From Macrostomum hystrix (taxonomy: Eukaryota > Animalia > Platyhelminthes), in the NCBI GenBank assembly GCA_950097015.1, contig CATNEN010000025.1:4030001-4094000 (forward strand): a stretch of DNA of 64,000 nt, given 5' to 3'. Below the pieces are notes generated by a model. That model saw only the letters and a list, made by a program, of their open reading frames with translations. It was not told the DNA's origin and did no database searches. The first letter of the stretch is position 1. The number at the start of each line of letters is the position of its first letter. Shown in pieces: positions 12,410 through 25,500 of this stretch. Both the position numbers and the translations under genes were made by a program.

Positions 12410-15400
12410 TTTCTCTAGATTTTAGTCTCTGTAGTCTATAATCCATTTAGTCTCTAGATTTTAGTCTCTAGATTTTAGTCTCTAGATTTTAGTCTCTAGA
12501 TTTTAGTCTCTAGATTTTAGTCTCTGTAGTCTATAATCCATTTAGTCTCTAGATTTTAGTCTCTGTAGTCTATAATCCATTTAGTCTCTAGATTTTAGTC
12601 TCTGTAGTCTATAATCCATTTAGTCTCTAGATTTTAGTCTCTGTAATCTATAATCCATTTAGTCTCTAGATTTTAGTCTCTAGATTTTAGTCTCTAGATT
12701 TTAGTTTCTGTAGTCTATAATCCATTTAGTCTCTAGATTTTAGTCTCTGTAGTCTATAATCCATTTAGTCTCTAGATTTTAGTCTCTGTAATCTATAATC
12801 CATTTAGTCTCTAGATTTTAGTCTCTAGATTTTAGTCTCTAGATTTTAGTCTCTAGATTTTAGTTTCTGTAGTCTATAATCCATTTAGTCTCTAGATTTT
12901 AGTCTCTGTAGTCTATAATCCATTTAGACTCTAGATTTTAGTCTCTGTAGTCTATAATCCATTTAGTCTCTAGTTTTTAGTCTCTGTAGTCTATAATCCA
13001 TTTAGTCTCTAGATTTTAGTCTCTGTAGTCTATAATCCATTTAGTCTCTAGTTTTTAGTCTCTGTAGTCTATAATCCATTTAGTCTCTAGATTTTAGTCT
13101 CTGTAGTCTATAATCCATTTAGTCTCTAGATTTTAGTCTCTGTAGTCTATAATCCATTTAGTCTCTAGATTTTAGTCTCTGTAGTCTATAATCCATTTAG
13201 TCTCTAGATTTTAGTCTCTGTAGTCTATAATCCATTTAGTCTCTAGATTTTAGTCTCTGTAGTCTATAATCCATTTAGTCTCTAGATTTTAGTCTCTATA
13301 GTCTATAATCCATTTAGTCTCTAGATTTTAGTTTCTGTAGTCTATAATCCATTTAGTCTCTAGATTTTAGTCTCTATAGTCTATAATCCATTTAGTCTCT
13401 AGATTTTAGTCTCTGTAGTCTATAATCCATTTAGTCTAGATTTTAGTCTCTGTAGTCTATAATCCATTTAGTCTCTAGATTTTAGTCTCTGTAGTCTATA
13501 ATCCATTTAGTCTCTAGATTTTAGTCTCTGTAGTCTATAATCCATTTAGTCTCTAGATTTTAGTCTCTGTAGTCTATAATCCATTTAGTCTCTAGATTTT
13601 AGTCTCTGTAGTCTATAATCCATTTAGTCTCTAGATTTTAGTCTCTGTAGTCTATAATCCATTTAGTCTCTAGATTTTAGTTTCTGTAGTCTATAATCCA
13701 TTTAGTCTCTAGATTTTAGTTTCTGTAGTCTATAATCCATTTAGTCTCTAGATTTTAGTCTCTATAGTCTATAATCAATTTAGTCTCTAGATTTTAGTCT
13801 CTGTAGTCTATAATCCATTTAGTCTCTAGATTTTAGTTTCTGTAGTCTATAATCCATTTAGTCTCTAGATTTTAGTCTCTGTAGTCTATAATCCATTTAG
13901 TCTCTAGATTTTAGTCTCTGTAGTCTATAATTCATTTAGTCTCTAGATTTTAGTCTCTGTAGTCTATAATCCATTTAGTCTCTAGATTTTAGTTTCTGTA
14001 GTCTATAATCCATTTAGTCTCTAGATTTTAGTCTCTGTAGTCTATAATCCATTTAGTCTCTAGTTTTTAGTCTCTGTATAGTCTATAATCCATTTAGTCT
14101 CTAGATTTTAGTCTCTGTAGTCTATAATCCATTTAGTCTCTAGATTTTAGTTTCTGTAGTCTATAATCCATTTAGTCTCTAGATTTTAGTCTCTGTAGTC
14201 TATAATCCATTTAGTCTCTAGATTTTAGTCTCTGTAGTCTATAATCCATTTAGTCTCTAGATTTTAGTCTCTGTAGTCTATAATCCATTTAGTCTCTAGA
14301 TTTTAGTCTCTGTAGTCTATAATCCATTTAGTCTCTAGATTTTAGTTTCTGTAGTCTATAATCCATTTAGTCTCTAGATTTTAGTTTCTGTAGTCTATAA
14401 TCCATTTAGTCTCTAGATTTTAGTCTCTATAGTCTATAATCAATTTAGTCTCTAGATTTTAGTCTCTGTAGTCTATAATCCATTTAGTCTCTAGATTTTA
14501 GTCTCTATAGTCTATAATCCATTTAGTCTCTAGATTTTAGTCTCTGTAGTCTATAATCCATTTAGTCTCTAGATTTTAGTCTCTGTAGTCTATAATTCAT
14601 TTAGTCTCTAGATTTTAGTCTCTGTAGTCTATAATCCATTTAGTCTCTAGATTTTAGTCTCTGTAGTCTATAATCCATTTAGTCTCTAGATTTTAGTCTC
14701 TGTAGTCTATAATCCATTTAGTCTCTAGATTTTAGTCTCTGTAGTCTATAATCCATTTAGTCTCTAGATTTTAGTTTCTGTAGTCTATAATCCATTTAGT
14801 CTCTAGATTTTAGTTTCTGTAGTCTATAATCCATTTAGTCTCTAGATTTTAGTCTCTGTAGTCTATAATCCATTTAGTCTCTAGATTTTAGTCTCTGTAG
14901 TCTATAATCCATTTAGTCTCTAGATTTTAGTCTCTGTAGTCTATAATCCATTTAGTCTCTAGATTTTAGTCTCTGTAGTCTATAATCCATTTAGTCTCTA
15001 GATTTTAGTCTCTATAGTCTATAATCCATTTAGTCTCTAGATTTTAGTCTCTGTAGTCTATAATCCATTTAGTCTCTAGATTTTAGTCCCTGTAGTCTAT
15101 AATTCATTTAGTCTCTAGATTTTAGTTTCTGTAGTCTATAATCCATTTAGTCTCTAGATTTTAGTTTCTGTAGTCTATAATCCATTTAGTCTCTAGATTT
15201 TAGTCTCTGTAGTCTATAATCCATTTAGTCTCTAGTTTTTAGTCTCTGTATAGTCTATAATCCATTTAGTCTCTAGATTTTAGTCTCTGTAGTCTATAAT
15301 CCATTTAGTCTCTAGATTTTAGTCTCTGTAGTCTATAATCAATTTAGTCTCTAGATTTTAGTTTCTGTAGTCTATAATCCATTTAGTCTCTAGATTTTAG

Positions 15401-15500
15401 TTTCTGTAGTCTATAATCCATTTAGTCTCTAGTTTTTAGTCTCTGTATAGTCTATAATCCATTTAGTCTCTATATTTTAGTTTCTGTAGTCTATAATCTA
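12410..15500. repeat. 39-bp satellite array (~78 copies) built from TAGTCT subunits
   Basis: Unit tagtctctagattt-tagtctctg-tagtctataatccatt; runs of the pure 14-mer at the left end. Confidence 0.97.
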
Positions 15501-17299
15501 TTATAATCCATCTCTAGATTTCGACTCCTTTGGTCTAATGATGTCGGCTCATCTGTTCTTTAGATTCCGTCCTGTTCGGTCAGATTTTTACTAACAAAAT
15601 GCGAAGTGATAAAAAAAGCTGCGAAACAAGCACGGAGAAAGAAATGAGTCGCAAGAATGGTGCAAATGGATACAACACGGAGGGGTTCTGAGTAGCAGCT
15701 TATAAACTTGTCTCTAGAAGCGATGTTGCTGCCGTGTTGGGGGTGGAGGCAGTTAAGACAGAGGAGGAGGTGGCAGGGGGAGCGAGCCTTTGTGAAAAGC
15801 TGTCAGAGGAGTGTCGCTCTACTCAGACTCAGTGCCGACTGCAGACTTTCAGCCCATAAAGCCAACAACTATATAATAGACGCCTCTTTCTTCATTTTAG
15901 CTTTACCAGTTTTTTTTCTTTCTCCTGCTCAGTTCACCTGAACCAATCCTTTCTTTTTCTCCTACTTGCTCCTCCTGCAACCTGCCTGTCTGTTTCTTTC
16001 TTAACGCACTCCCGCCTCTTGTGGCGGCGTTTAGTCGCTACAGGCAAATGCAATGCGATGCTGCTGCTGCTGCTGCTGCTGCTTCTGCTAAAGAGAGAAG
16101 GAGAGTGGCCCGGTAGTAGTTAGGTCTCTCAAAAAACCAGCAGCCAGGCACACGAATGGGATAACTGGGTAAAGGTTGGAGAGTGCTGCTGCTGCTTCTA
16201 AAAGAGGGAGAGTGGAGGTGTCGCTCTGGAAATTGAGGCGCGGGCATTGTTTTCAGTTCTTTAGCAATTGGTAGTGGAACTGCCGCTGGCGCCGGCCCCA
16301 CTTTGCACCTGCATCGCGGTGTCGCTCTTCTCCTCCCACTTTCTCTCCCCCTCACTTCTCTCTCTTTCACACCCCGTCAGAGTTTTGGGCGCAGATGCTG
16401 CAGAAGCATTGCTTTGCTATTCCACTGGGGTATTGGTGATTGCGAAAGGGGAGTGGGCGGGTAACTCAACGAGTGGCGCATTAACTGCCTACCTAGCTAC
16501 TAGCTCCCTCCGCGTGAGCCTCACTCTCACTTTCTCTAATTTCTCTTTCTCTCTCTTTTCAGCACTTGAGAATCTCGTCTTCCCCACATAGTTTGTGTGC
16601 TTCTAGTTTAGTGTGTCGTCACTTTCTCGCGCATGTACCTTTACCCAGCAAACCAGGTGCGTGCTTGATTGCAGAGCAGTGCGTACATTGTCGACGGCGC
16701 GTGTGTGCTATACGTGTAGGTGGAAATGGCAGTTTTTTGTTTGTTTTTTGCCGCTTCCGCCAACTGGTACAGTCGGGTCGGTGTTCGTCCGTAGGCCGGA
16801 GGTCGGGTCAAGCTGGCAGACAGGCACGCAGGGAGACAGACAGAGTTATGAGTATGAGAACAAGTTGGAAGTAAGTCAGCAAGAAAGGTGAGAAACATAG
16901 CTATTACTAGCCCATGCCGGTGGTTGACAGGGATTTGCTTTCCGTTTTCTCCTATTTCTCCTAAAGCTTACCACTTGTGTAAAAGGCAAATCCACTAACT
17001 TCGATCCGAACCGCTGCATGAAGGAAGCGGAAAGAGAAGTCAGCAGGAAGACAGACGGTCAGACAGACATAGGTAGACAATGAATAAACAAAAAAGGCGC
17101 GGTGGTGACACAGCTAGAAAATTCCTGTGATTTTTCCAGTGTTCTCACACCGAATCTCTCTCTCTCTAGTGCAATTGATACAGCTGGTCATATACTATTT
17201 AGCCGCTTTTTGAAGCGTTAAAATAATCTTTTTATCGCACACTTTTTCGTGTGCTCACTAAATAGAGATGTACGAAATAGAATTCGAGTCTACTGTCAA

Positions 17300-18433
17300 T
17301 GGTATATAGAAGGACACCTCTGTCTCTGGAGTCTACAAGCAATTGTATCTGGTAGGACACCTGTCTCTTGAGTCTACAAGCAATTGTATCTGGTAGGACA
17401 CCTGTGTCTCTCGAGTCTACAAGCAATTGTATCTGGAAGGACACCTGTGTCTCTTGAGTCTACAAACAATTGTATCTGGAAGGACACCTCTGTCTCTTGA
17501 GTCTACAAGCAATTGTATCTGGAAGGACACCTGTGTCTCTTGAGTCTACAAGCAATTGTATCTGGAAGGACACCTCTGTCTCTTGAGTCTACAAGCAATT
17601 GTATCTGGAAGGACACCTGTGTCTCTTGAGTCTACAAGCAATTGTATCTGGAAGGACACCTGTGTCTCTTGAGTCTACAAGCAATTGTATCTGGAAGGAC
17701 ACCTGTGTCTCTTGAGTCTACAAGCAATTGTATCTGGAAGGACACCTCTGTCTCTTGAGTCTACAAGCAATTGTATCTGGAAGGACACCTGTGTCTCTTG
17801 AGTCTACAAGCAATTGTATCTGGAAGGACACCTCTGTCTCTTGAGTCTACAAGCAATTGTATCTGGAAGGACACCTGTGTCTCTTGAGTCTACAAGCAAT
17901 TGTATCTGGAAGGACACCTCTGTCTCTTGAGTCTACAAGCAATTGTATCTGGTAGGACACCTCTGTCTCTTGAGTCTACAAGCAATTGTATCTGGAAGGA
18001 CACCTGTGTCTCTTGAGTCTACAAACAATTGTATCTGGAAGGACACCTCTGTCTCTTGAGTCTACAAGCAATTGTATCTGGAAGGACACCTGTGTCTCTT
18101 GAGTCTACAAGCAATTGTATCTGGAAGGACACCTCTGTCTCTTGAGTCTACAAGCAATTGTATCTGGAAGGACACCTGTGTCTCTTGAGTCTACAAGCAA
18201 TTGTATCTGGAAGGACACCTGTGTCTCTTGAGTCTACAAGCAATTGTATCTGGAAGGACACCTGTGTCTCTTGAGTCTACAAGCAATTGTATCTGGAAGG
18301 ACACCTCTGTCTCTTGAGTCTACAAGCAATTGTATCTGGAAGGACACCTGTGTCTCTTGAGTCTACAAGCAATTGTATCTGGAAGGACACCTCTGTCTCT
18401 TGAGTCTACAAGCAATTGTATCTGGTAGGACAC
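17300..18433. repeat. 43-bp minisatellite (~26 copies)
   Basis: Unit gaaggacacctgtgtctcttgagtctacaagcaattgtatctg; period 43 measured at 17581/17624. Confidence 0.97.
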
Positions 18434-18473
18434 TTAAAATGATTCACGTATTGAGTCGACAGTTATAGCTACA

Positions 18474-18965
18474 TTATGAAATGACACACCTCTTGAAGCT
18501 ACAGTTAGAGCTAAATGATGAGACACCTCTTGAGTCCACAATTAGAGCTACGTGATGAAACGACACACCTCTTGAATCTACAGTTAGTGCTGCATGATGA
18601 AATGACACACCTCTTGAATCTACAGTTAGTGCTGCATGATGAAATGACACACCTCTTGAATCCACAATTAGAGCTACGTGATGAAATGGCACACCTCTTG
18701 AATATTTAGTTAGAGCTACGTGATGAAATGACACACCTCTTGAGTCCACAATTAGAGCTACGTGATGAAATGACACACCACTTGAATATATAGTTAGAGC
18801 TGCATGATGAAATGACACACCTCTTGAGTCCACAGTTAGAGCTGCATGATGAAATGACAGACCTCTTGAGTCCACAAATAGAGCTACGTGATAAAATGGC
18901 AGACCTCTTGAGTCCACAATTAGAGCTACGTGATGAAATGACACACCTCTTGAGTATACAGTTAA
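18474..18965. repeat. 42-bp minisatellite (~11 copies)
   Basis: Unit gtgatgaaatgacacacctcttgagtccacaattagagctac; period 42 at 18721/18763. Confidence 0.95.
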
Positions 18966-21783
18966 GAGGTACTTCGAGTCCACTCATTTGGATGTACCTC
19001 ACACGCCTTGATCGCGATCCAAATGATTTTTAATGTGTTTAACGTACAACTATCTAACAAATAAATAACCAGAAGCTTTCGGTGTTAACTGTCTATGTAG
19101 TGAGAATCAAACACTTTACTGTCCATCTTTAGTGCTTTAGAGCACGGTAATATTGGTCATTCGTGTTTTTTCTACTTTTTTGCCATGCCGTATGCTATTG
19201 TATTACAAGTGTATATTGCAGCAACAGTTGTCGCTGGCTCAGTTGATGGGCATCTTTCAGGCGTGTATAGAGTCTGCACTTGAAAAAAACTAGTTTTTCG
19301 GTAGTCTATTAACTGAAGATGCAACTTAAAATTACCCCTAGGTAACTTTCTGTAAACCATTGGACCTATTGTATTTGTAAAACATCACTTCTAAACTTAG
19401 AGCCTGGTTTAAAGTCATATTTCTTTAATAATGTCACGCATAGCATAAGAGCAACATGAAATTGTCAATTCATTTGAATTTATTTTCAGTAGAATGCACT
19501 AGGAGTCTAGAACGCAAGTAGAAAATTGCCATATCTTCCATTGCAATAGTTGTCAATCATATCGACAGCCTTATTGGCCGGATCTTTGCAGAACAGGCTC
19601 ATTCTTATAGTTGATTATTTATTGTAAACTAAACTTGAGCACACTGCTCAGTCATACTACCCAACTGCTGGCTGACAATTTCAAATGAGTCAATTTTTCG
19701 AAATTAAAAATTGGCAATGTGTCTCGCTGCCCCAACAAAGGGCACCACTCAGTTCGTTAAGATCCCAATAACATTCCATTTCTTCTCGTTTCCTTCTCCG
19801 AATAATCTCTTTAATAAAAAAATTTAATTTAATTTAATTTTAATCGCTTGGATTCTAGTTCAGAAAGTTGGTATATCCTTCACTTTTGTTATCATTTTAC
19901 CTTGCCATCCTTTTCTCGCTACTCACAGTAATATTGTAAGAACGTTGGTTTGAAGCGCATGTATCCTAGATGAAATCCGGTGACAACTGTAGGATTTTGG
20001 GATTTTGCCTCGACTTGCTTTCTCTTCCCCTCTCCGTCTCTCTCTCATTTGGTCGACGCACCAGGGGGAGGAGCTACTTTCCGAGTCTGTATCGCCTCAG
20101 CTTCAACCTGATTGGCTGCGCTAGCAGTTTCTCTTACCGTCTTAGCCCCCCGCGGACCCTTCGCCGACTGCGCCTGTGCTCCCGTCAGCTTCTGTATGCC
20201 TTCCCCAGTTCCTCATGCCTCCTCCACACCGTTGATCGGCAATATTTTTTGCCCCATCTATTTACGCATCTCAGCTCTCACTGACTCTAATCAACTTCTG
20301 GAGCATCGAAATTCAAACGAAGGAACCGACAGCAGCTAAAGCAGCTAAAACACTCCGTGCTATTACAAGTGAAACGGATTTCGCACTGTAAAGGTAACTT
20401 TCTCTCTCTCATTTTATATCTTAATCATAGCTGCTTCCCGCAGCTTGGATCCCTGTTGCGTTGCGCCCCCTGACCCTCTTGATATTTAGCATTCTCTCTA
20501 CAGAGTTCTCTACAGGCGGTCATAAGATGAGAAATTAATTAATTAACTACGTAACGATTTGTTAGAGTTTGTGCTCTATATCTATCTATCAATATGGTCC
20601 ACCTTTTCCCTCTGTCTCTCTTTTGAGAATTTGACGCTCGTAGTATAGGTATAGAAGGCAGATGCGTACCGCTCTCAATGTCTAATTTGTGTGCCAGTTC
20701 TGTTTTGTGTGTTCAGTGTTCGGTATTAGGCATGCTCTGTACTGTTCGAAAGTTAAAGAAATCGCTTTCAGGTTTTGGGGCATACGTCACTCACACCCTT
20801 TGCCAGCGGTGTAAGTTTACTTACCCCCCTCCCTCCCTCTCCCTCGTGTGTTGTGTGCGCCAGCTTGTAAAGCTTGATGCTTTGCACGCGTGGCGCAATT
20901 CAGTTTGCAGTTGATTAACTGAGTAGGGCCGAGGCCCCGATTGCTTCAACGGCTCGATTGTGTTTAAGTGGCGGCGCTGCAGGAAATTGAGAATAGAAGA
21001 ACTCGGGGTGGGGGGTTCCATTCTCACTTAAAAAGTTCTCTGTGTTTGTGGGGGGGCCCCACTTCATCATCTTCATCTTATTATCTAGCCAGCCTCTCCC
21101 ACCTGAGCTACCTGCGGCTCTGTTGTGCCAACCGCCCAGCTGGCCGCTTTCGCTTTCTCACTTTTTTCTTTATCTTCTTCTTCTTCTTTTCTTAGCCTAT
21201 TTAATTCTCGGAATTCTTTTCGCTACTTACTCGCGCATTCAGTCCTGAGCGCTCCTCCCCCCTTTGCCCGTGTGTGTCATCTGTCATTTATATTCATAGC
21301 CATTTAAGTGTTGACCAAACTCTGCTTTCTGCTCCCTCTCTCGCTCTGTAAATAAAGAATCGTTTCCCACTGTCTTTATTTTTATCATTCTCTGTTCTAG
21401 CCTGAATGTTCGTTCATGTTCAACAAATTAGTTCTCATTGGTTAAGCCACTGTTCCTTAGAACCCACCCGAATATTCTATCAAATATCGGCCTGCTCTCT
21501 TGTCAGTTTTTTGTCTTTGCTGTGTCCTGCCAATCCATCCTTAAAGTGCTGCGAGCGTAAAAATAGCTCTTAGAGGCTATCAATATCACTGGCACTCCAC
21601 TATTAGCCCTAATCGTCCAGGAAGTTTGTCTCTGTCCAGAGGAAGTTAACGAGACGCCTAGACTACAACTAATCCAATACAGAAGGAGAAGTATTTTAAC
21701 GCACATTCTGTCTGTGCGCCTCGTGTGTCTCAATTCATCAAATCGCTTTTTGTCTATCTTGTCAATTGCGATTTTTCGCGTAG

Positions 21784-21837
21784 CTTGGATTCTTCAGCTA
21801 TTGTTGTATTTGACCCGACCAAATAAATTTCAGTGAG
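21784..21837 (+). other. Probable non-coding 5' UTR exon of the TCF gene
   Basis: Acceptor tttttcgcgtag| and donor gag|gtaagc; the next strong acceptor ttttccctttcag| at 22322 opens the ATG-containing exon. Further upstream donors at 20393 (aag|gtaact) and near 16887 (aag|gtgaga). Confidence 0.45.
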
Positions 21838-22523
21838 GTAAGCGTTGTGAAGAAATACTCATTTTGCGTCTGTATTTTCTAGTTGCCTATGCTTTATTGA
21901 AGACTGAAGGAAAGCGCACACGAAAACTCATTCGAAGGCCTGCAGGAATTAAGCCTTCTGAGATGACGGAGGCTGGCCCACCCGCCCTCATCTCCGACTA
22001 ATTAATTGTTTGTTCTCCTTTCTCTGTCTGACGGCCGCTTTTGTCTTTGACGGCTTCTTCTTCTAATCCCTATATGCCTGGGCAAAGGTATTCAATTGCG
22101 TTCTATTCTCTACCCTCCCCCCTTTGTCTCACATCGAGTTTCTTTTGTCTAAAAAAACGCCGCCGCTTTCATTTAATCCGGCCCCGGACCAGATTATCAG
22201 TCAATAATTTGATTTTCGGCCCCTATAATTTGCGAATGAAATTTAACAAGAGAAGTCACTATTTTTCGTTATAAAAATGCGTCAGGAAATTAAATTGTCT
22301 TTTTTATAATTTTCCCTTTCAGACGCTGTGAGCCAGTCATCTTCTATCAAGGTGGCCCAGTCAAGCCTGTCAATGACCGCTCTGCAGTCTGCGCTCTAAG
22401 CGGCTAATAATTCTTCAATAAACCAGCGACAGCTTCCGTTTGAAATCTTTACACTAGCCATTGTTGATCTTTGCCAGCGAACACGCCGACCAGGAAGTAC
22501 AAAAGTACAAAAACAGTCCCACA

Positions 22524-25500
22524 ATGGCATCGGCGGCATCAATGAGCGGCCACAGATCAAATGGCAATAAGCGTGACTTGGCGGCGGCCGCAGCTCTGGC
22601 CTCCGGCGAAGATTTGGCCGCGTCAGACGAAGTGAAGAATTATAATCAGGAAGACGAGGAGGACAGCGCGGCTGCTCCGCCATTCTCAGCTGCCGAGAAT
22701 CTCCGTCAGGACAAAAGCGAACTAGTTGAGGAGGGCGAGAAGGCACTCTGGAGGCCGTACGCTTCCACTGGAGCGGTCAGCAGTGGCGGCGGGGGTCACT
22801 CCGGATCGGCTTCGATAAGTGGCGGCCGGCATCACCATCCACTCTGCCAGCCGCCTGCTCCACCGCTTATTCGTCCTCCGCCTCCACCTCAGTCGCAGTT
22901 GCCGCATCAATCGTCGCCGTCTTCCTCTACATCGTCCTCTGCTGCGGCGGTGGCAGCGGCGGCGGCTGCGGCGGCCGCGGCTAGATTTCCCGGCGCGTCG
23001 CATCCGCTGTTTGGCGGCGCCGCTGCCGCGGCTGCTGCTGCTGCTGCGGCTGCGGCTGCGGGTTCGCCGCTGTACGGACCCGGCGGCCCGGTGCCGCTGC
23101 ACCAGTTCCTCAGCCAATGCGCCGCACTGTCATTTCACCCGTCATTTCATCATCATCATCATCCTGGCTGGATGACAACAACTCCTGCTGCTTCTGGCAG
23201 CCGCGGCGGCGGCGGTGGCGGCGGTAATGGTAGCGGAGTCCGCCTCCCAGCGCCCTTTCCATCGACTGTGTCGTCTGCGGCCTACCTGGAGCGTATGTGC
23301 TCTCCCACCGCGACTGCCTCCTCAACTGGTGTCTGCGGCGGTGGCGGTGGCGGTGGCGGTGGAGGTAAGTGTCTATTGCTTGAATTAATTAACTGGGGAT
23401 CATAGAGACAGCTGATCATAGAGACAGGTCATTATCGAGACAGCTGATCATGGAGACAGGTGATCATAGAGTCAGGGATCATAGAGTCAGGTGATCATAG
23501 AGTCAGGTGATCATAGAGTCAGGTGATCATAGAGTCAGGTGATCATAGAGTCAGGTGATCATATAGACAGGTGATCATAGAGTCAGGTGATCATGGAGAC
23601 AGGTGATCATGGAGTCAGGTGATCATAGAGACAGGTGATCATAGAGTCAGGTGATCATGGAGACAGGTGATCATAGAGTCAGGTGATCATATAGACAGTG
23701 ATTATAAAGTAATGTATCCCTGATCATAGGTCTATTGAGTGCAGTATTCATTCTTCTCTCTTCCATCCCCTACTATATACTCTGCGGCATTGTCATTTCG
23801 CATTGAATATCTCCTTCCTCCTTTCCATCCTGACTCCTCGCAACTCTCGCCTGCTTGCAACCGCGTGACCGCCGTGGCGCTTCGCTCCTCGCCTGTCAAT
23901 CATGCCCTCGAATGGCCCACTTCAGGCCCCGGCCCTGACACCTCTCTCCTTTAAGTCCTAGCCCCTACTCAACCGATTCGGCGGTTCGCCCCCCGACCCT
24001 GCGGTGGTTGACATCTTCATTTGCGATCAGCCTTCTCACCCGTGGCCCAATGGCTCTTGAAACTGATGCTCTACTGGCCGTCTTTGTCTCCAGCTCTGTT
24101 GCTCTCTCACCACCTCACCTACCTCGGCGTGTCTCGCTGGCTCCTAATTCCCAATTCTGTCCTGTATTGAAAGACGCACCCCATAGGTCGGTGCGGTGGG
24201 CCCCTTCAAATTCTCTGGACGCTTCGTTGGAGCAAAAAAAATTCTAAGAAAAAGTGTCGAGAAGAGCAATACAATTTCTTTGCTGCTGCTGCTGCTGCTG
24301 CTGCCGCTAGTTTTTCTTAGCGTTTTTGTTAGCTTTTTTGTTATTAGGATCATCTTGAAACGTCTTCCAATTTTTCGTATCTTCATCACTTACTTCTATT
24401 GCCTGTATAGAGATCTTGAATTAATCTTTTCTACTCTTTTCCGCAACCAAGCGTGCCTGCAGCTTGCGTGACAGTTGATCACACCCGCAGTGTGTTAACC
24501 TGTTGACACCTGCAGACAATGCGCCATTTTCACATCAACTGGTGCCAATACGCACTCGATCACTATTGGGCTGCATTCTTTAGGCCGAGATTTAGATCGG
24601 TAAAAAATCTGATGCCGTGGCGTCGCCATCCACTCAACCCTCTCTCTCCTTTCTCCTTCCTCTTGTCATTCAGCTCATTATTTGTGACTATTATTTGATT
24701 AATTAACCAAAAAAGCAACGGTTTTCCTCTCTTTTTTTCTATTATTTATAGAAGCAGTTTCCGGAATCTGGCTTTTTTCTTTGCTTTCTGGCCAAGTTCC
24801 GTTAGATTTCAAGATTGTGAATATTTGTGATTTCTCTAGTTTGTTGTGCTAGTTTTTTTCTCTCTCCTACTAAAACTATGCATTTTTGTTATAATCAGTC
24901 GTGTTCTTGTGTCATTGTTCTGGCGTGTTGTGTTGCATTGTCTCTCTTATATTTGTCTATTTTTTTATAGTTGACCCGAGCCTTTGCAGGATGACAGATG
25001 AAGGATGAAGAATAAAATATGAAGAATGAACAATGAATAATGAACAATGAGGAGTGAAGAGTGAAGAATGAAAAATGTACGATGAAGAATAGAAGATAAA
25101 TGATGAAGAATGAACAATGAATGATGAAGAATGAAGGATGAATAATACGATATAAATGATGAAGAATGGAGGGTGGGAATGAATGAAGTCATAGATAGTT
25201 GCTTTCGAACGAGCTATGAATGATGAAGATGTAGAACTTTAAATTGTCAGTCTTAAGTTAAAACTGTTTAATAAATGAAACCGCATTTCATAATCTATTA
25301 TCTATCTTTCAGTCTTGGTTTTTTCTCTACTAGAGTTGTAACATTGATTTTATTTAGAGTTTATATTAGGCAGAAGTTGGTATTTAGTATTTTTTGTATT
25401 AGATAATAAAACTGTAAAGTCACCATTCGACAGGCCTAGTTAACGGATTGTTCAGGCAGGCTGGCCAATAAAACTATTTCGGGTTGAACCAAAGTGTTTA

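Noticed and set aside
15708-16898. Cluster of 77-110-aa ORFs with (CTG)n tracts
   Set aside because: No homology recognised; better explained as non-coding upstream or UTR sequence of TCF.
12410-18965. Regular direct repeats that superficially resemble CRISPR arrays
   Set aside because: No unique spacers, no cas genes, and the context is eukaryotic.
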